This document shows positions 18,017 to 26,568 of a stretch of DNA of 32,000 bases, piece after piece; position 1 is the stretch's first letter; every line of letters begins with the position of its first letter. A model generated the notes under the pieces. That model saw only the letters and a list, made by a program, of their open reading frames with translations, did not search any database and was not told the DNA's origin. Origin of the DNA: Aquifex aeolicus VF5 (GTDB lineage: Bacteria; Aquificota; Aquificia; Aquificales; Aquificaceae); the NCBI RefSeq assembly GCF_000008625.1, contig NC_000918.1:1230001-1262000 (forward strand), read 5' to 3'. Position numbers and translations under genes: made by a program.

Positions 18017-18875
18017 CTACGTTTACGAGCTTGCCTTTAACGTAAATAAACTTCTTTACTTCTTTTCCCTGAACCCACTTCTGAACTCTCTCATCGGAAA
18101 GGACTATATTTTTCACAGTTTCCTCGTCCGCATCTGCGGGGACCTTTACCCTTGCCCTTAACTTGCCGTTTACCTGAACAGGAATTTCTATCTCTTCCAC
18201 TTTCAGGGCTTCAGGGTCAGGTTCGGGGATCGGTTGGTTTATTATAAAACCTTCATTCCCGAGCATCTCCCAGACTTCTTCCGCTATGTGGGGAGTAATG
18301 GGAGAAAGGAGAAGGGTTATCGTCTCTATTCCCTCTCTCAGAACTTTGTAATCTTGCTCAGTTTGAGGTGAAAAGTCCTGTAAGGTGTTTAAAAGCTTCA
18401 TTATCTTTGCAATTGCTGTATTGAATTGATACCTTTCCTCAAAGTCCCTTCTGTAATCTGCTATCGTCTGGTGAATTTCCCTTCTTACCTCCTTTGCCTT
18501 CCCTTGAACGTTTCTGAGTTCTTCCACTGTGTAAGTTAGGTTCTTTATCTTTTCAAGGTGTTTATTAACAAAGTTCCAGTATCTTTGCAAAAATCTGTAT
18601 GCTCCCTGAATTCCCTCGTCTGTCCACTCAAAGTCCTGCTCTGGTGGTGCAGCAAAAAGTATGTAGAGCCTCACAGTATCTGCTCCGTACTTTTCTACGG
18701 CCTCTTCTGGATCCACTACGTTCGCCTTTGACTTTGACATCTTTGCACTTTCGCCTATTTCCCTTTCAAGGAACTTTATGAGGTTTTCATCTTTTATCCC
18801 AAGTTTTTCTAAAAGGAATATAGCGTTATCGCCTACGGATATCTTGTTTTCCTGAAGGAAGTCTTTTATTTTCAT
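18006..18875 (-). CDS. leuS': Leucyl-tRNA synthetase beta subunit (split LeuRS; C-terminal portion with KMSKS)
   Basis: [62 protein letters not shown], anticodon-binding helical domain and C-terminal [57 protein letters not shown]. Starts with its own Met and has no HIGH-containing N-terminal half upstream. Confidence 0.95.
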   Translation of the reverse strand: [289 protein letters not shown]

Positions 18876-19188
18876 AATTAAAAATTTTATATTGACCCGA
18901 AGTTTTTACTTTAGTAAACTTTTAATTGGAGGGCTACAGAGCCCTACTTTGCTCCTTGGCAACTGAATAGGGTAGGTGGGTCCTAATAAGTGATGTTTCG
19001 ATGGTGTGATGTATTGAAATCATGATGCAACATAGCTAAAAAGATTGAAAATCAAGGATGGAAATTTTATAAAGGTATACTCAAGTTTGCAGAACCTCGG
19101 GTTAGCGGAAATTAACATTCGTTTCGTGAAGGTTAGGTGTCTAATAAGTTATTGATAAAGCGTTATTTTTTGGACACAGGCACACAGG

Positions 19189-19340
19189 GTTTCTAATGTA
19201 CCGTGTGGAGTTGAAAGTTGAAAGAGCTAAAGCAACCGCACCGATGGTTATGAGTTTCTAATGTACCGTGTGGAGTTGAAAGTGGAAAATGCTGCAAAAA
19301 CAAAAAGGAAAAAGCTGAGGTTCCTAATGTACCGTGTGGA
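19189..19340 (+). CRISPR. Mini-CRISPR: two 29-nt repeats plus a truncated third, two spacers
   Basis: Repeat GTTTCTAATGTACCGTGTGGAGTTGAAAG at 19189-19217 and 19254-19282 (identical); truncated GTTCCTAATGTACCGTGTGGA at 19320-19340. Spacers 36 nt (TTGAAAGAGCTAAAGCAACCGCACCGATGGTTATGA) and 37 nt (TGGAAAATGCTGCAAAAACAAAAAGGAAAAAGCTGAG). Confidence 0.9.
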
Positions 19341-19357
19341 TGTATATTCATAAGATC

Positions 19358-20086
19358 ATGAAACTTTCTTACAAAAGAGTTATCCTAACGAGGGAACTTG
19401 AGGATATAAAAAAGGATAAACCTCTCTTTGAAAGAGAAGGCTTTAAAGTTTTGGAGCTTCCCTTAATACAAACAAAAGTTCTTGAGTTTAACCTTCCCGA
19501 TGAAGAATTTGATTACATTGTTTTTCAAAGCAAAAAAGCGGTTAAAATTTTTCTTGGCAAGGTAAATCTTAAAGGAAACAAAAAAATTGTAGCTGTAGGG
19601 AAAAAAACGGCGGAGGAATTGGAAAAATTAGGGTATAAAGCGGATTTCATTCCGGAAAATGAAAGTGCAAAGGGCTTGATAGAACTCTTTAAAAGATTAC
19701 CTAAAGGAAAGGTTCTAATTCCACGTTCTAAAATAGGCAGAACAGAGTTAATAAAGTTTTTAAAGGAAACGAGCTTTGAAGTTTTTGCGTTGGATGTTTA
19801 CACAACTGAATACGTTTTTTATACAAGAGAAGAACTCCTGGAAAAACTAAACAAAGGAGACTTTATTATCTTTTACAGTCCATCGGCGGTGAAGGCATTT
19901 TTTGCAAATTTGCAAATGCATAAAATTCCAAAGGATAGTTTGAGCCTTAAATTTGTAGCGATTGGTAAAACTACAAAAGAGGAATTACAGAAACACTCTG
20001 TTAAAAACGTTATTACCTCTGAAAGACCGAGTACTGAGGATATTGTCAAGAAACTAAAAGAATTGGCACGTGATTTGCAAAAATAA
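19358..20086 (+). CDS. hemD: Uroporphyrinogen-III synthase (HemD)
   Basis: KRVILTRELEDIKKDKPLFEREGFKVLELPLIQT...FDYIVFQSKKAVKIF...GNKKIVAVGKKTAEELEKLGYKADFIPE...FIIFYSPSAVKAFF...KFVAIGKTTKEEL: HemD two-lobe pattern. ATG 19358 preferred; the listed start (19334) lies in the truncated CRISPR repeat. Confidence 0.85.
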   Translation: MKLSYKRVILTRELEDIKKDKPLFEREGFKVLELPLIQTKVLEFNLPDEEFDYIVFQSKKAVKIFLGKVNLKGNKKIVAVGKKTAEELEKLGYKADFIPENESAKGLIELFKRLPKGKVLIPRSKIGRTELIKFLKETSFEVFALDVYTTEYVFYTREELLEKLNKGDFIIFYSPSAVKAFFANLQMHKIPKDSLSLKFVAIGKTTKEELQKHSVKNVITSERPSTEDIVKKLKELARDLQK

Positions 20087-20093
20087 TTACGGT

Positions 20094-20942
20094 ATGGGAT
20101 TAGAAAAGACGGTTAAAGAGAAATTAAGCTTTGAGGGTGTCGGTATACACACAGGTGAATACTCAAAATTAATCATACATCCCGAAAAAGAAGGAACAGG
20201 AATCAGGTTTTTCAAGAACGGAGTTTACATACCCGCAAGACATGAGTTCGTCGTTCACACAAATCACTCCACGGATTTAGGCTTTAAAGGGCAAAGAATA
20301 AAAACGGTTGAACACATACTTTCCGTTCTCCACCTACTTGAGATAACAAACGTGACAATAGAAGTAATAGGGAACGAAATCCCTATACTTGACGGAAGTG
20401 GCTGGGAATTCTACGAAGCCATTAGGAAAAATATTCTCAATCAGAACAGAGAAATAGATTACTTTGTTGTAGAAGAACCCATTATCGTGGAAGACGAGGG
20501 AAGATTGATAAAGGCAGAACCTTCAGACACGCTTGAGGTCACCTACGAGGGAGAATTTAAAAATTTCCTGGGAAGGCAGAAGTTTACCTTTGTTGAAGGG
20601 AACGAAGAAGAAATAGTCCTTGCGCGGACTTTTTGCTTTGACTGGGAAATAGAACACATTAAAAAAGTCGGTCTTGGGAAGGGAGGAAGCCTGAAAAACA
20701 CCCTCGTTCTCGGAAAGGATAAAGTGTACAACCCTGAAGGGCTAAGATACGAAAACGAACCTGTAAGACACAAAGTGTTTGACCTTATAGGAGACCTTTA
20801 CCTCCTTGGAAGTCCCGTAAAAGGTAAGTTTTACTCCTTCAGGGGAGGGCACTCGCTCAACGTAAAACTCGTAAAAGAGCTTGCAAAGAAACAAAAACTT
20901 ACTCGTGATTTACCTCACCTTCCTTCCGTCCAAGCTCTCTGA
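20094..20942 (+). CDS. lpxC: UDP-3-O-acyl-N-acetylglucosamine deacetylase
   Basis: MGLEKTVKEKLSFEGVGIHTGEYSKLIIHPEKEGTGIRFF..., TVEHILSVLHLLEITNVTIEV, RHKVFDLIGDLYLLG, KGKFYSFRGGHSLN: LpxC zinc ligands and active site. Confidence 0.98.
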   Translation: MGLEKTVKEKLSFEGVGIHTGEYSKLIIHPEKEGTGIRFFKNGVYIPARHEFVVHTNHSTDLGFKGQRIKTVEHILSVLHLLEITNVTIEVIGNEIPILDGSGWEFYEAIRKNILNQNREIDYFVVEEPIIVEDEGRLIKAEPSDTLEVTYEGEFKNFLGRQKFTFVEGNEEEIVLARTFCFDWEIEHIKKVGLGKGGSLKNTLVLGKDKVYNPEGLRYENEPVRHKVFDLIGDLYLLGSPVKGKFYSFRGGHSLNVKLVKELAKKQKLTRDLPHLPSVQAL

Positions 20943-21639
20943 ATTCCAGTATCCCGTTTTTCTTACTTATATCCACGACTACTAAGTTAGTGTTCTGCAC
21001 TCCCCTTACCTTATCAAAGGTATTTCTTATAAGTCTTACATAATCCCCGACTTCGTAGCCAAAGGGTTTTAGCTTCTCGTAAAGCCACTTGTTCTGAGGT
21101 TTTAACTGAAAGTACGTAATTTCGTAAGAGACTTCTATCATGTGCTCTACTCCCTCTCCTCCCGCCACTCCTTCTTTCCTTACCTGCAGTGCTCCTACAA
21201 GCCACTTATTTTTCCACTCAACAAGACTCCTCAGGTCCTTTGCTACCTGTCTCGCCTTCTGTTCGGAAACCGCTCCGGAAATTGAGTCAATGACTATAAT
21301 TCTCTCTTCCCTTTGGGATAGTTCTTTGATAAAGTCCTGATCCATGTAGTACTTGAAAACTACTCGGACGTTCTCGTGGTTTGTGTCGTACTTTTTGAAT
21401 ATAGCTTTCCACCTGTGGGGTGATTGTTCCGTTAAGACCACGAGTACAGGTTCCCTTTTAGCTATGTCCGCCATTAACCTCATTAAGGTCTGGGTCTTTC
21501 CCGCACCTGCCTCACCGGAAATTCCGATAAAGGCTTGGGGAAGACCGCCGAAGATGTCAAAAACGGTTTCCTTAAGAATGGGGATTTCGTAATCTCTTAC
21601 CTCGGATAAAGTCTTTACTTTAAGCTCTCTCTTTTCCAT
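20899..21639 (-). CDS. RecA-superfamily ATPase (RadB/KaiC-like)
   Basis: GISGEAGAGKTQTLMRLMADIA (Walker A), RIIVIDSISGAV (Walker B), LRSLVEWKNKWLVGALQVRK. Confidence 0.75.
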   Translation of the reverse strand: MEKRELKVKTLSEVRDYEIPILKETVFDIFGGLPQAFIGISGEAGAGKTQTLMRLMADIAKREPVLVVLTEQSPHRWKAIFKKYDTNHENVRVVFKYYMDQDFIKELSQREERIIVIDSISGAVSEQKARQVAKDLRSLVEWKNKWLVGALQVRKEGVAGGEGVEHMIEVSYEITYFQLKPQNKWLYEKLKPFGYEVGDYVRLIRNTFDKVRGVQNTNLVVVDISKKNGILEFRELGRKEGEVNHE

Positions 21640-21716
21640 AATTGTTTAAAATAATTAAACTTGACACGAAAGGTTGTCCAGGAATAACTTTTTCTTTTGC
21701 AAAGGAGGTGTGAAAG

Positions 21717-22013
21717 ATGGCAAGTAAAGCGAGCGGTGGTTCAACACGGAACGGTAGAGATAGTATTTCAAAAAGATTAGGTGTAAAGAGGTACGACGGT
21801 CAGTTCGTAAAGGCTGGAAACATTATAGTCAGACAAAGGGGAACGAGAATTTATCCGGGTAAAAACGTAGGAATGGGCTCAGACTACACTTTATTTGCAC
21901 TCAAAGACGGTTATGTTTACTTTGAAACGAGGAGGAAGAAGAAGTTCGTAAGCGTCCTTTCTCCGGAAGAGTGGGAAAAGGTAATGGCTCAAAAGAACGG
22001 AAAAGTTCACTGA
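21717..22013 (+). CDS. rpmA: 50S ribosomal protein L27
   Basis: [65 protein letters not shown]; AAAGGAGGTG SD. Confidence 0.97.
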   Translation: MASKASGGSTRNGRDSISKRLGVKRYDGQFVKAGNIIVRQRGTRIYPGKNVGMGSDYTLFALKDGYVYFETRRKKKFVSVLSPEEWEKVMAQKNGKVH

Positions 22014-24400
22014 GCCAGAAACTCGTTAAAGACTTCTCTCATCTTTTTCATCTTCTCCTTTATACTTTCTTTCAGTTCCTCGGGTTTCATTCCCAGAGAT
22101 AAAGCTACCTTTGGAATGTCCTGTTCACTCAATACGGAAGTTCCCCTTTCCTTAGAAAGTCTAAGGTGCGTTTCTACGAGTCTCAGGAACATGAAGCTGT
22201 CATAAGCCTCCTTCAACCTCGGGTACTTTTCCATTAAGACCTCAAAACCTCTTATCATAGAAGTTTCCCTTATTTTTTCTTTGATGAGAAGGTACTGAAC
22301 TAAAAACTCACCGTCCACTATGCCCCCCTCACCGAGTTTGAGGTCCACAACTCCTCTTCCCCTCTTTGCAACACTCTGGAGCTTCATCCTCATCTCGTAA
22401 ACTTCTCTCTTTTCCTTTTCTCCCCAGGGCTTTTCAAACAGGAAGTTTTCTATCAATCTCTCAAACTCCTCTTTGAACTCTTCATTACCGGTTATGTATC
22501 TGGCTCTCGTCCAGGCGAGTCTTTCCCAGGTTCTCGCTTCCTTTTCAAAGTACTTTTTGTAAAAATCAAAAGTGGGAACGAGTTCTCCCTTACTGCCCAT
22601 GGGTCTTAGTCTGAAGTCCACGCTGTAGAGATAACCTTCCGTTGTGTGAGCGGTTAAAAACCTCACGAGCTCCTTTGCCTTTTCGTGAACCTTTTCCTTT
22701 TCTTCCAAGCTCTTTACTGCGAATACAAGGTCAAGGTCCGAGTTGAAGTTCAGTTCCCTGCTTCCGAGTTTCCCAAGGGCGTAAAGGAGTGCCGTATTTT
22801 CCTCCAGAGTTATATCCTTCCAGAGGTTTGAGAGTATAAAGTCCGCAAGTGTGGAAAGGGAAATGTACAATTTCTTGAGTTTCTCGTACCTGTCTTCCTC
22901 TTTCAGGAGGTAAACGAGCCCTATCCTCACTTCCCAGACGGTTTTGAATCTCCTGTAAAGATTCTCAGGGGAGAGGTTTAAGGTTTCCCTGTACTTCTCA
23001 AACTCCCTTTTAAAGTCCTCAAATTTTGGGAAATCCCTGTAAAGAGTAAGGGCGTCTTCAACCAGGTCAGGATTCCTGGCAACGAGGTGAGACAGGTAAT
23101 CGGATACGGAAAAAACGGTAAAGAGTTTTTCTAAGAATTCCTCCCTTTTGTGCTCTGAAAGTATAACTCTTCTTCCCGTAGGGTTAAAGAAGAATTTGAA
23201 GAAGTTCTTTATGCTCTGGTCAGGGTTTTGAGAAGAAAGTGCAAGGTTCACGAGTTTTGGTATGAGTTTTATGTAGAGTTTTTTCTCCTTTTCCGTGAAG
23301 TGAACGTTCATGGAACCGTACAGGGGCTCGCTGAGGAGGGTGAATATCTGTCTCGTGCTCTTGAAGCCTTTTTGTTTTAGTATCTGTGTTCCGCTTTCTT
23401 CGTCCTCCATAATTACCGCCTCCTGAAGCTCATCCAGTTCTTCTTCCTCCCTTTCGGGAAGGATTTGAGAGAATACACTTTTTACGAATGCCCTCGTTTC
23501 CTTTAATTTTTCCTCAAACTCTTCCTTGGATTCAAAACCTAAGAACTTGGCAAAGGTTTCCTTGTCGCTTTCCTTTAAAACTTGCGTCTGGAGACATTCC
23601 CTCAGTTGTATCCTGTGTTCCAGTTTCCTGAGGAATGTGTAGGACTCCTCAAGTTTCTGGGCTTCTTCCGAGGAAAATACGCCTTTTTGCATGAGTTTGT
23701 ATATAGCCCTGTAAGTGTTACTCTCTCTCAAAATCGGAGTTTTAGAACCGAGGAGTATAACCAAGGACTGGACGCTGAACTCAACCTCCCTTATTCCTCC
23801 CTCTCCCGTTTTCACGTTGTAGCCCTTTATAAATTTCTTTTTGGCTTCCGCTTCTATTCTCTTCTTCATTAACCTTATCTCTTCAACGAGTTTGTAATCC
23901 GCCGGACCAAAGACGAAAGGTCTCACTACTTCTTTCATGAACTTCTGGGCGAGTTCCTCATCTCCCGCACAGTACCGTGCCCGGAGCAGGGCAAACCTCT
24001 CCCATATCCTCCCGTAGCTCTCGTAGTAGAGTTCCGCACTTCTGAGGGGCATAGAGAGAGGACCAGACTTTCCGAAAGGTCTCAGGTCAAGATCCACAAA
24101 GTAGGGCACACCTTCCGGTGTTTGAGCGTTTAGGAGCTTTACGACTTTCTGGAATAACCTTTGAAAGAAGTCATTTAAGGAAAGGTTTCCAGCCTTTCCC
24201 TTATCCGTGGAGTGTATGAACATCAAATCCACATCGGAATAATAATTCAGCTCTTCACTTCCCAGCTTTCCAAGACCTATAACAGTTGCGGTTGCTTCTT
24301 TTCCGTTTTCCTCTAGAGGTTTCCCGAACTTTTCCACAGCTCCTTTAAAGCCTCTCGTAGGTAACTTCCACAAGCGCGTCGGGGAGGTGAGAGTACTCAC
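22007..24400 (-). CDS. glnE: Glutamine synthetase adenylyltransferase (GlnE), frame B, containing the N-terminal nucleotidyltransferase core onward; interrupted relative to the upstream frame
   Basis: [28 protein letters not shown] and [27 protein letters not shown]: the two GxGKLGxxELxxxSDxDLxF motifs of GlnE. Listed start residues [17 protein letters not shown] look like out-of-frame read-in; homology resumes at [18 protein letters not shown]. Confidence 0.93.
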   Translation of the reverse strand: MSTLTSPTRLWKLPTRGFKGAVEKFGKPLEENGKEATATVIGLGKLGSEELNYYSDVDLMFIHSTDKGKAGNLSLNDFFQRLFQKVVKLLNAQTPEGVPYFVDLDLRPFGKSGPLSMPLRSAELYYESYGRIWERFALLRARYCAGDEELAQKFMKEVVRPFVFGPADYKLVEEIRLMKKRIEAEAKKKFIKGYNVKTGEGGIREVEFSVQSLVILLGSKTPILRESNTYRAIYKLMQKGVFSSEEAQKLEESYTFLRKLEHRIQLRECLQTQVLKESDKETFAKFLGFESKEEFEEKLKETRAFVKSVFSQILPEREEEELDELQEAVIMEDEESGTQILKQKGFKSTRQIFTLLSEPLYGSMNVHFTEKEKKLYIKLIPKLVNLALSSQNPDQSIKNFFKFFFNPTGRRVILSEHKREEFLEKLFTVFSVSDYLSHLVARNPDLVEDALTLYRDFPKFEDFKREFEKYRETLNLSPENLYRRFKTVWEVRIGLVYLLKEEDRYEKLKKLYISLSTLADFILSNLWKDITLEENTALLYALGKLGSRELNFNSDLDLVFAVKSLEEKEKVHEKAKELVRFLTAHTTEGYLYSVDFRLRPMGSKGELVPTFDFYKKYFEKEARTWERLAWTRARYITGNEEFKEEFERLIENFLFEKPWGEKEKREVYEMRMKLQSVAKRGRGVVDLKLGEGGIVDGEFLVQYLLIKEKIRETSMIRGFEVLMEKYPRLKEAYDSFMFLRLVETHLRLSKERGTSVLSEQDIPKVALSLGMKPEELKESIKEKMKKMREVFNEFLAQ

Positions 24401-24809
24401 TCAGTATGTCCTCGTATGGGGCTGTTCCGAGGAGCTCCTTTGAGAATATTCTCAAAAGTTCCCTGTGCCTGTAAAAGGCGAGTTTTTCCGAAAACTTTTC
24501 ATCCGAATCGCTCTCAGAAATGAGTTCCTTAAGCTCCTTTACGTAGTCCTCCTTTTCCTTCCTCAGGTACCAGAGGTTAGGTATTGTGTTCTGAAACTCC
24601 GTGGGGTGTTTTAAGAGAAATTTCCGAAGGCACTGGGACTGCTCAAGTATCATCAAAAGGAGAATGAAACGCCTTTCATTCAGGTAATCTAAAAGAGTTT
24701 TGGGCTTGGGGTGATTCTCAAGGAGCTTTTCAAAGTAAGAGAAGGCTTTCTCGGGCTCTTTTAAAAACCTTCTTGAGGAAGAAAGCCAGGAGGAGGGAAC
24801 TGTGGACAT
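24345..24809 (-). CDS. glnE: GlnE N-terminal segment, frame A
   Basis: [47 protein letters not shown] corresponds to the GlnE N-terminal region (RxxELLRI..D.xG); it ends at TAA 24345-24347, then the downstream frame continues the alignment. Confidence 0.85.
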   Translation of the reverse strand: MSTVPSSWLSSSRRFLKEPEKAFSYFEKLLENHPKPKTLLDYLNERRFILLLMILEQSQCLRKFLLKHPTEFQNTIPNLWYLRKEKEDYVKELKELISESDSDEKFSEKLAFYRHRELLRIFSKELLGTAPYEDILSEYSHLPDALVEVTYERL

Positions 24810-24810
24810 T

Positions 24811-25521
24811 TCATGGTCCTATGGTGAGTTTAGTTCCCTTGGAAGGCGGGACGTGTCTCAAAAGGTTGAGGGAAAAGTTTAAGTTGTCATAAAGAGTTAT
24901 TGAGTAGTTATCCCAGAAGACACACGTTCCCGCGAGACAGAAGTATCCGCCGCTCGGGGGTGCTATCTGCTCCGCTATCAGGAGGGGGTAATTTCCCATG
25001 TTTGACTTTGCGGTGTCCTCTCCCCTCGCAACTATCTTCGTGTCGGGCATTATGGGTTTTATGGAAGCGGTGCATGCGAGGACTATCTTCTCAACGTTTA
25101 CCTCGTTCTTATCGTTCTTGTTGTATCTCCTTATTTTAGAAGTGACAACGAAGTACTTATCTCCGTTGTGGTTGTTTACCTCATCCGTAACCTCGTCGGG
25201 ATTTAGTTCCATACCGAAGGCTCTGGCTAAGGTGTTGCAAGTGTCCGCTATCCTGTCCTCATTTTTATAGTATCCCGCAAGGATAACTTTCTTTCCGTCC
25301 TTCCAGACCCACCTTTCCACGTCCTTTACTTCACTTTCAGTAAAAGGTATTTCAGGGTAATTGAAAACTATAACGTCGTACTTGTTCAAGCTTTCCCAAT
25401 CGTTCACTTCGTCTATCTCTATGCCCGCCTTCTCGGCTTCCCTCTGAAGAATAGAAAAGTAGTAGTAATCGGTAATGGTAAACTCCTGGTGTGTTATATC
25501 CCAGCCTACTTTTACACTCAT
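24811..25521 (-). CDS. Uncharacterised protein with a possible class I GATase/GldG-like (DUF4350-type) fold
   Basis: KVGWDITHQEFTITDYYYFSILQREAEKAGIEIDEV...LNKYDVIVFNYPEIPFTESEVKDVERWVWKDGKKVILAGYY: ATPase-free flavodoxin/GATase-like pattern; family call tentative. Confidence 0.6.
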   Translation of the reverse strand: MSVKVGWDITHQEFTITDYYYFSILQREAEKAGIEIDEVNDWESLNKYDVIVFNYPEIPFTESEVKDVERWVWKDGKKVILAGYYKNEDRIADTCNTLARAFGMELNPDEVTDEVNNHNGDKYFVVTSKIRRYNKNDKNEVNVEKIVLACTASIKPIMPDTKIVARGEDTAKSNMGNYPLLIAEQIAPPSGGYFCLAGTCVFWDNYSITLYDNLNFSLNLLRHVPPSKGTKLTIGP

Positions 25522-25531
25522 GTGTTTAATT

Positions 25532-26059
25532 TTACTTTTTTCTCTTGGGTGCTAACACGAATATCATGAAGTTTCCTTCCTTCTTTGGCTGAACCTCTAC
25601 CTCCGCTATGTCCGATAACTCGTTTATTATTCGCTCCGCCAGCTTTTTACCTAGTTCGGGGTATATGTTTTCTCTTCCCCTGAACCTGAGCCACACCTTT
25701 ACCTTATCCCCCTCTTCTAGGAATTCCCGCATGTGTTTGAGTTTCACCTGAAGGTCGTGCTCATCAATTCTCACCTTCATACGAATATCCTTGACCTCAA
25801 TCTGGTGTTCTCTCTGTTTCTTTCTCGCCTCCCTTTCCTTTTTCTTGAGTTCGTACTTGAACTTTCCGTAATCCATTATCTTGCAAACGGGAGGTTTTGC
25901 CTGAGGTGCTATCTCAACTAGATCCAATCCCTTCTCCTCGGCTATTTTTAGGGCTTCCTCAATAGGAACTATTCCTATCTGCTGTCCGTTTTCGTCTATA
26001 AGCCTGCACTCCTTTGCCCTTATCTGTCTGTTCACTCTGTACTCTTTCAGCTTACTCAT
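25532..26059 (-). CDS. infC: Translation initiation factor IF-3
   Basis: YRVNRQIRAKECRLIDENGQQIGIVPIEEALKIAEEKGLDLVEIAPQAKPPVCKIMDYGKFKYELKKKEREARKKQ...KDIRMKVRIDEHDLQVKLKHMREFLEEGDKVKVWLRFRGREN. Confidence 0.98.
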   Translation of the reverse strand: MSKLKEYRVNRQIRAKECRLIDENGQQIGIVPIEEALKIAEEKGLDLVEIAPQAKPPVCKIMDYGKFKYELKKKEREARKKQREHQIEVKDIRMKVRIDEHDLQVKLKHMREFLEEGDKVKVWLRFRGRENIYPELGKKLAERIINELSDIAEVEVQPKKEGNFMIFVLAPKRKK

Positions 26060-26068
26060 CTAACCTCC

Positions 26069-26464
26069 TCATAGATTTTTATACAAAATCGTTGTTGACA
26101 ACATAAAGTTTAGGAATAAAACGCTCAAAGACGTGTAAGAAAGCTTCCTGAACTTTACCCTATCAGGATGATTAAAATCAAGGTTTTCTATGCTCCCCAA
26201 TTTCCTTTTGAACTCCTTCAATTTTTTTGAAATGAATACGTTGACACCCAAGCCTAAAAATAATATAACTCCTTCAAAAAAGTTAAACAACAGTCCGTAA
26301 AGGAGAAGAACAGGTAAAAATATTCTGTAAAAGTTCCATAAAATTTTTCCGTAAAAGTGTCCCGCCAAATCCTTATTTTTTTCCGTTCTGAGAAGCACAG
26401 GGGAAACAATGAACACGATTGTAAAGAGGGAACCGGAGTAGAGGGAGAGGATTATCTTGTCCAT
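26069..26464 (-). CDS. Integral membrane protein, DUF4149-like
   Basis: 131 aa with four hydrophobic segments (IILSLYSGSLFTIVFIVSPVLL..., FYRIFLPVLLLYGLLFNFF..., VILFLGLGVNVFI, LSVLFLNFMLSTTILY). Confidence 0.6.
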   Translation of the reverse strand: MDKIILSLYSGSLFTIVFIVSPVLLRTEKNKDLAGHFYGKILWNFYRIFLPVLLLYGLLFNFFEGVILFLGLGVNVFISKKLKEFKRKLGSIENLDFNHPDRVKFRKLSYTSLSVLFLNFMLSTTILYKNL

Positions 26465-26568
26465 AACTTCTTTTTTCTTATCTTTGTCATTACCACTCTA
26501 AAGAGAAAACCGCTCAGGAACATAACCGTTATTATACCGATGATTGCAAACAGGAGAAGGTACTTCAT
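26452..26568 (-). CDS. Unlisted 38-aa single-helix membrane peptide, coupled to fumarase alpha
   Basis: Translated by hand: MKYLLLFAIIGIITVMFLSGFLFRVVMTKIRKKKLWTR*. Its ATG overlaps the TGA of the fumarase gene (GT-ATGA) and its 3' end overlaps the next gene start by 13 nt. Confidence 0.6.
   Translation of the reverse strand: MKYLLLFAIIGIITVMFLSGFLFRVVMTKIRKKKLWTR

Noticed and set aside
18895-18960. Possible tmRNA, RNase P RNA or 6S RNA in the long intergenic region
   Set aside because: I could not find the conserved cores or a convincing long secondary structure by eye, only a short GGGCT/AGCCC hairpin. A covariance-model search is needed to decide.
19334-19357. Extended hemD N-terminus MWMYIHKI
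   Set aside because: It is encoded in the truncated CRISPR repeat and its flank. ATG 19358 matches the start of the HemD homology.
24341-24356. Treating the glnE break as simply two genes
   Set aside because: The two frames align head-to-tail with a single GlnE protein with almost no gap, which is unlikely for independently evolved genes. Sequencing error remains possible.
24351-24400. GlnE frame B N-terminus [17 protein letters not shown] as an independent start
   Set aside because: This stretch is frame A coding sequence read out of frame. It does not resemble GlnE, whereas frame A does, up to the TAA.
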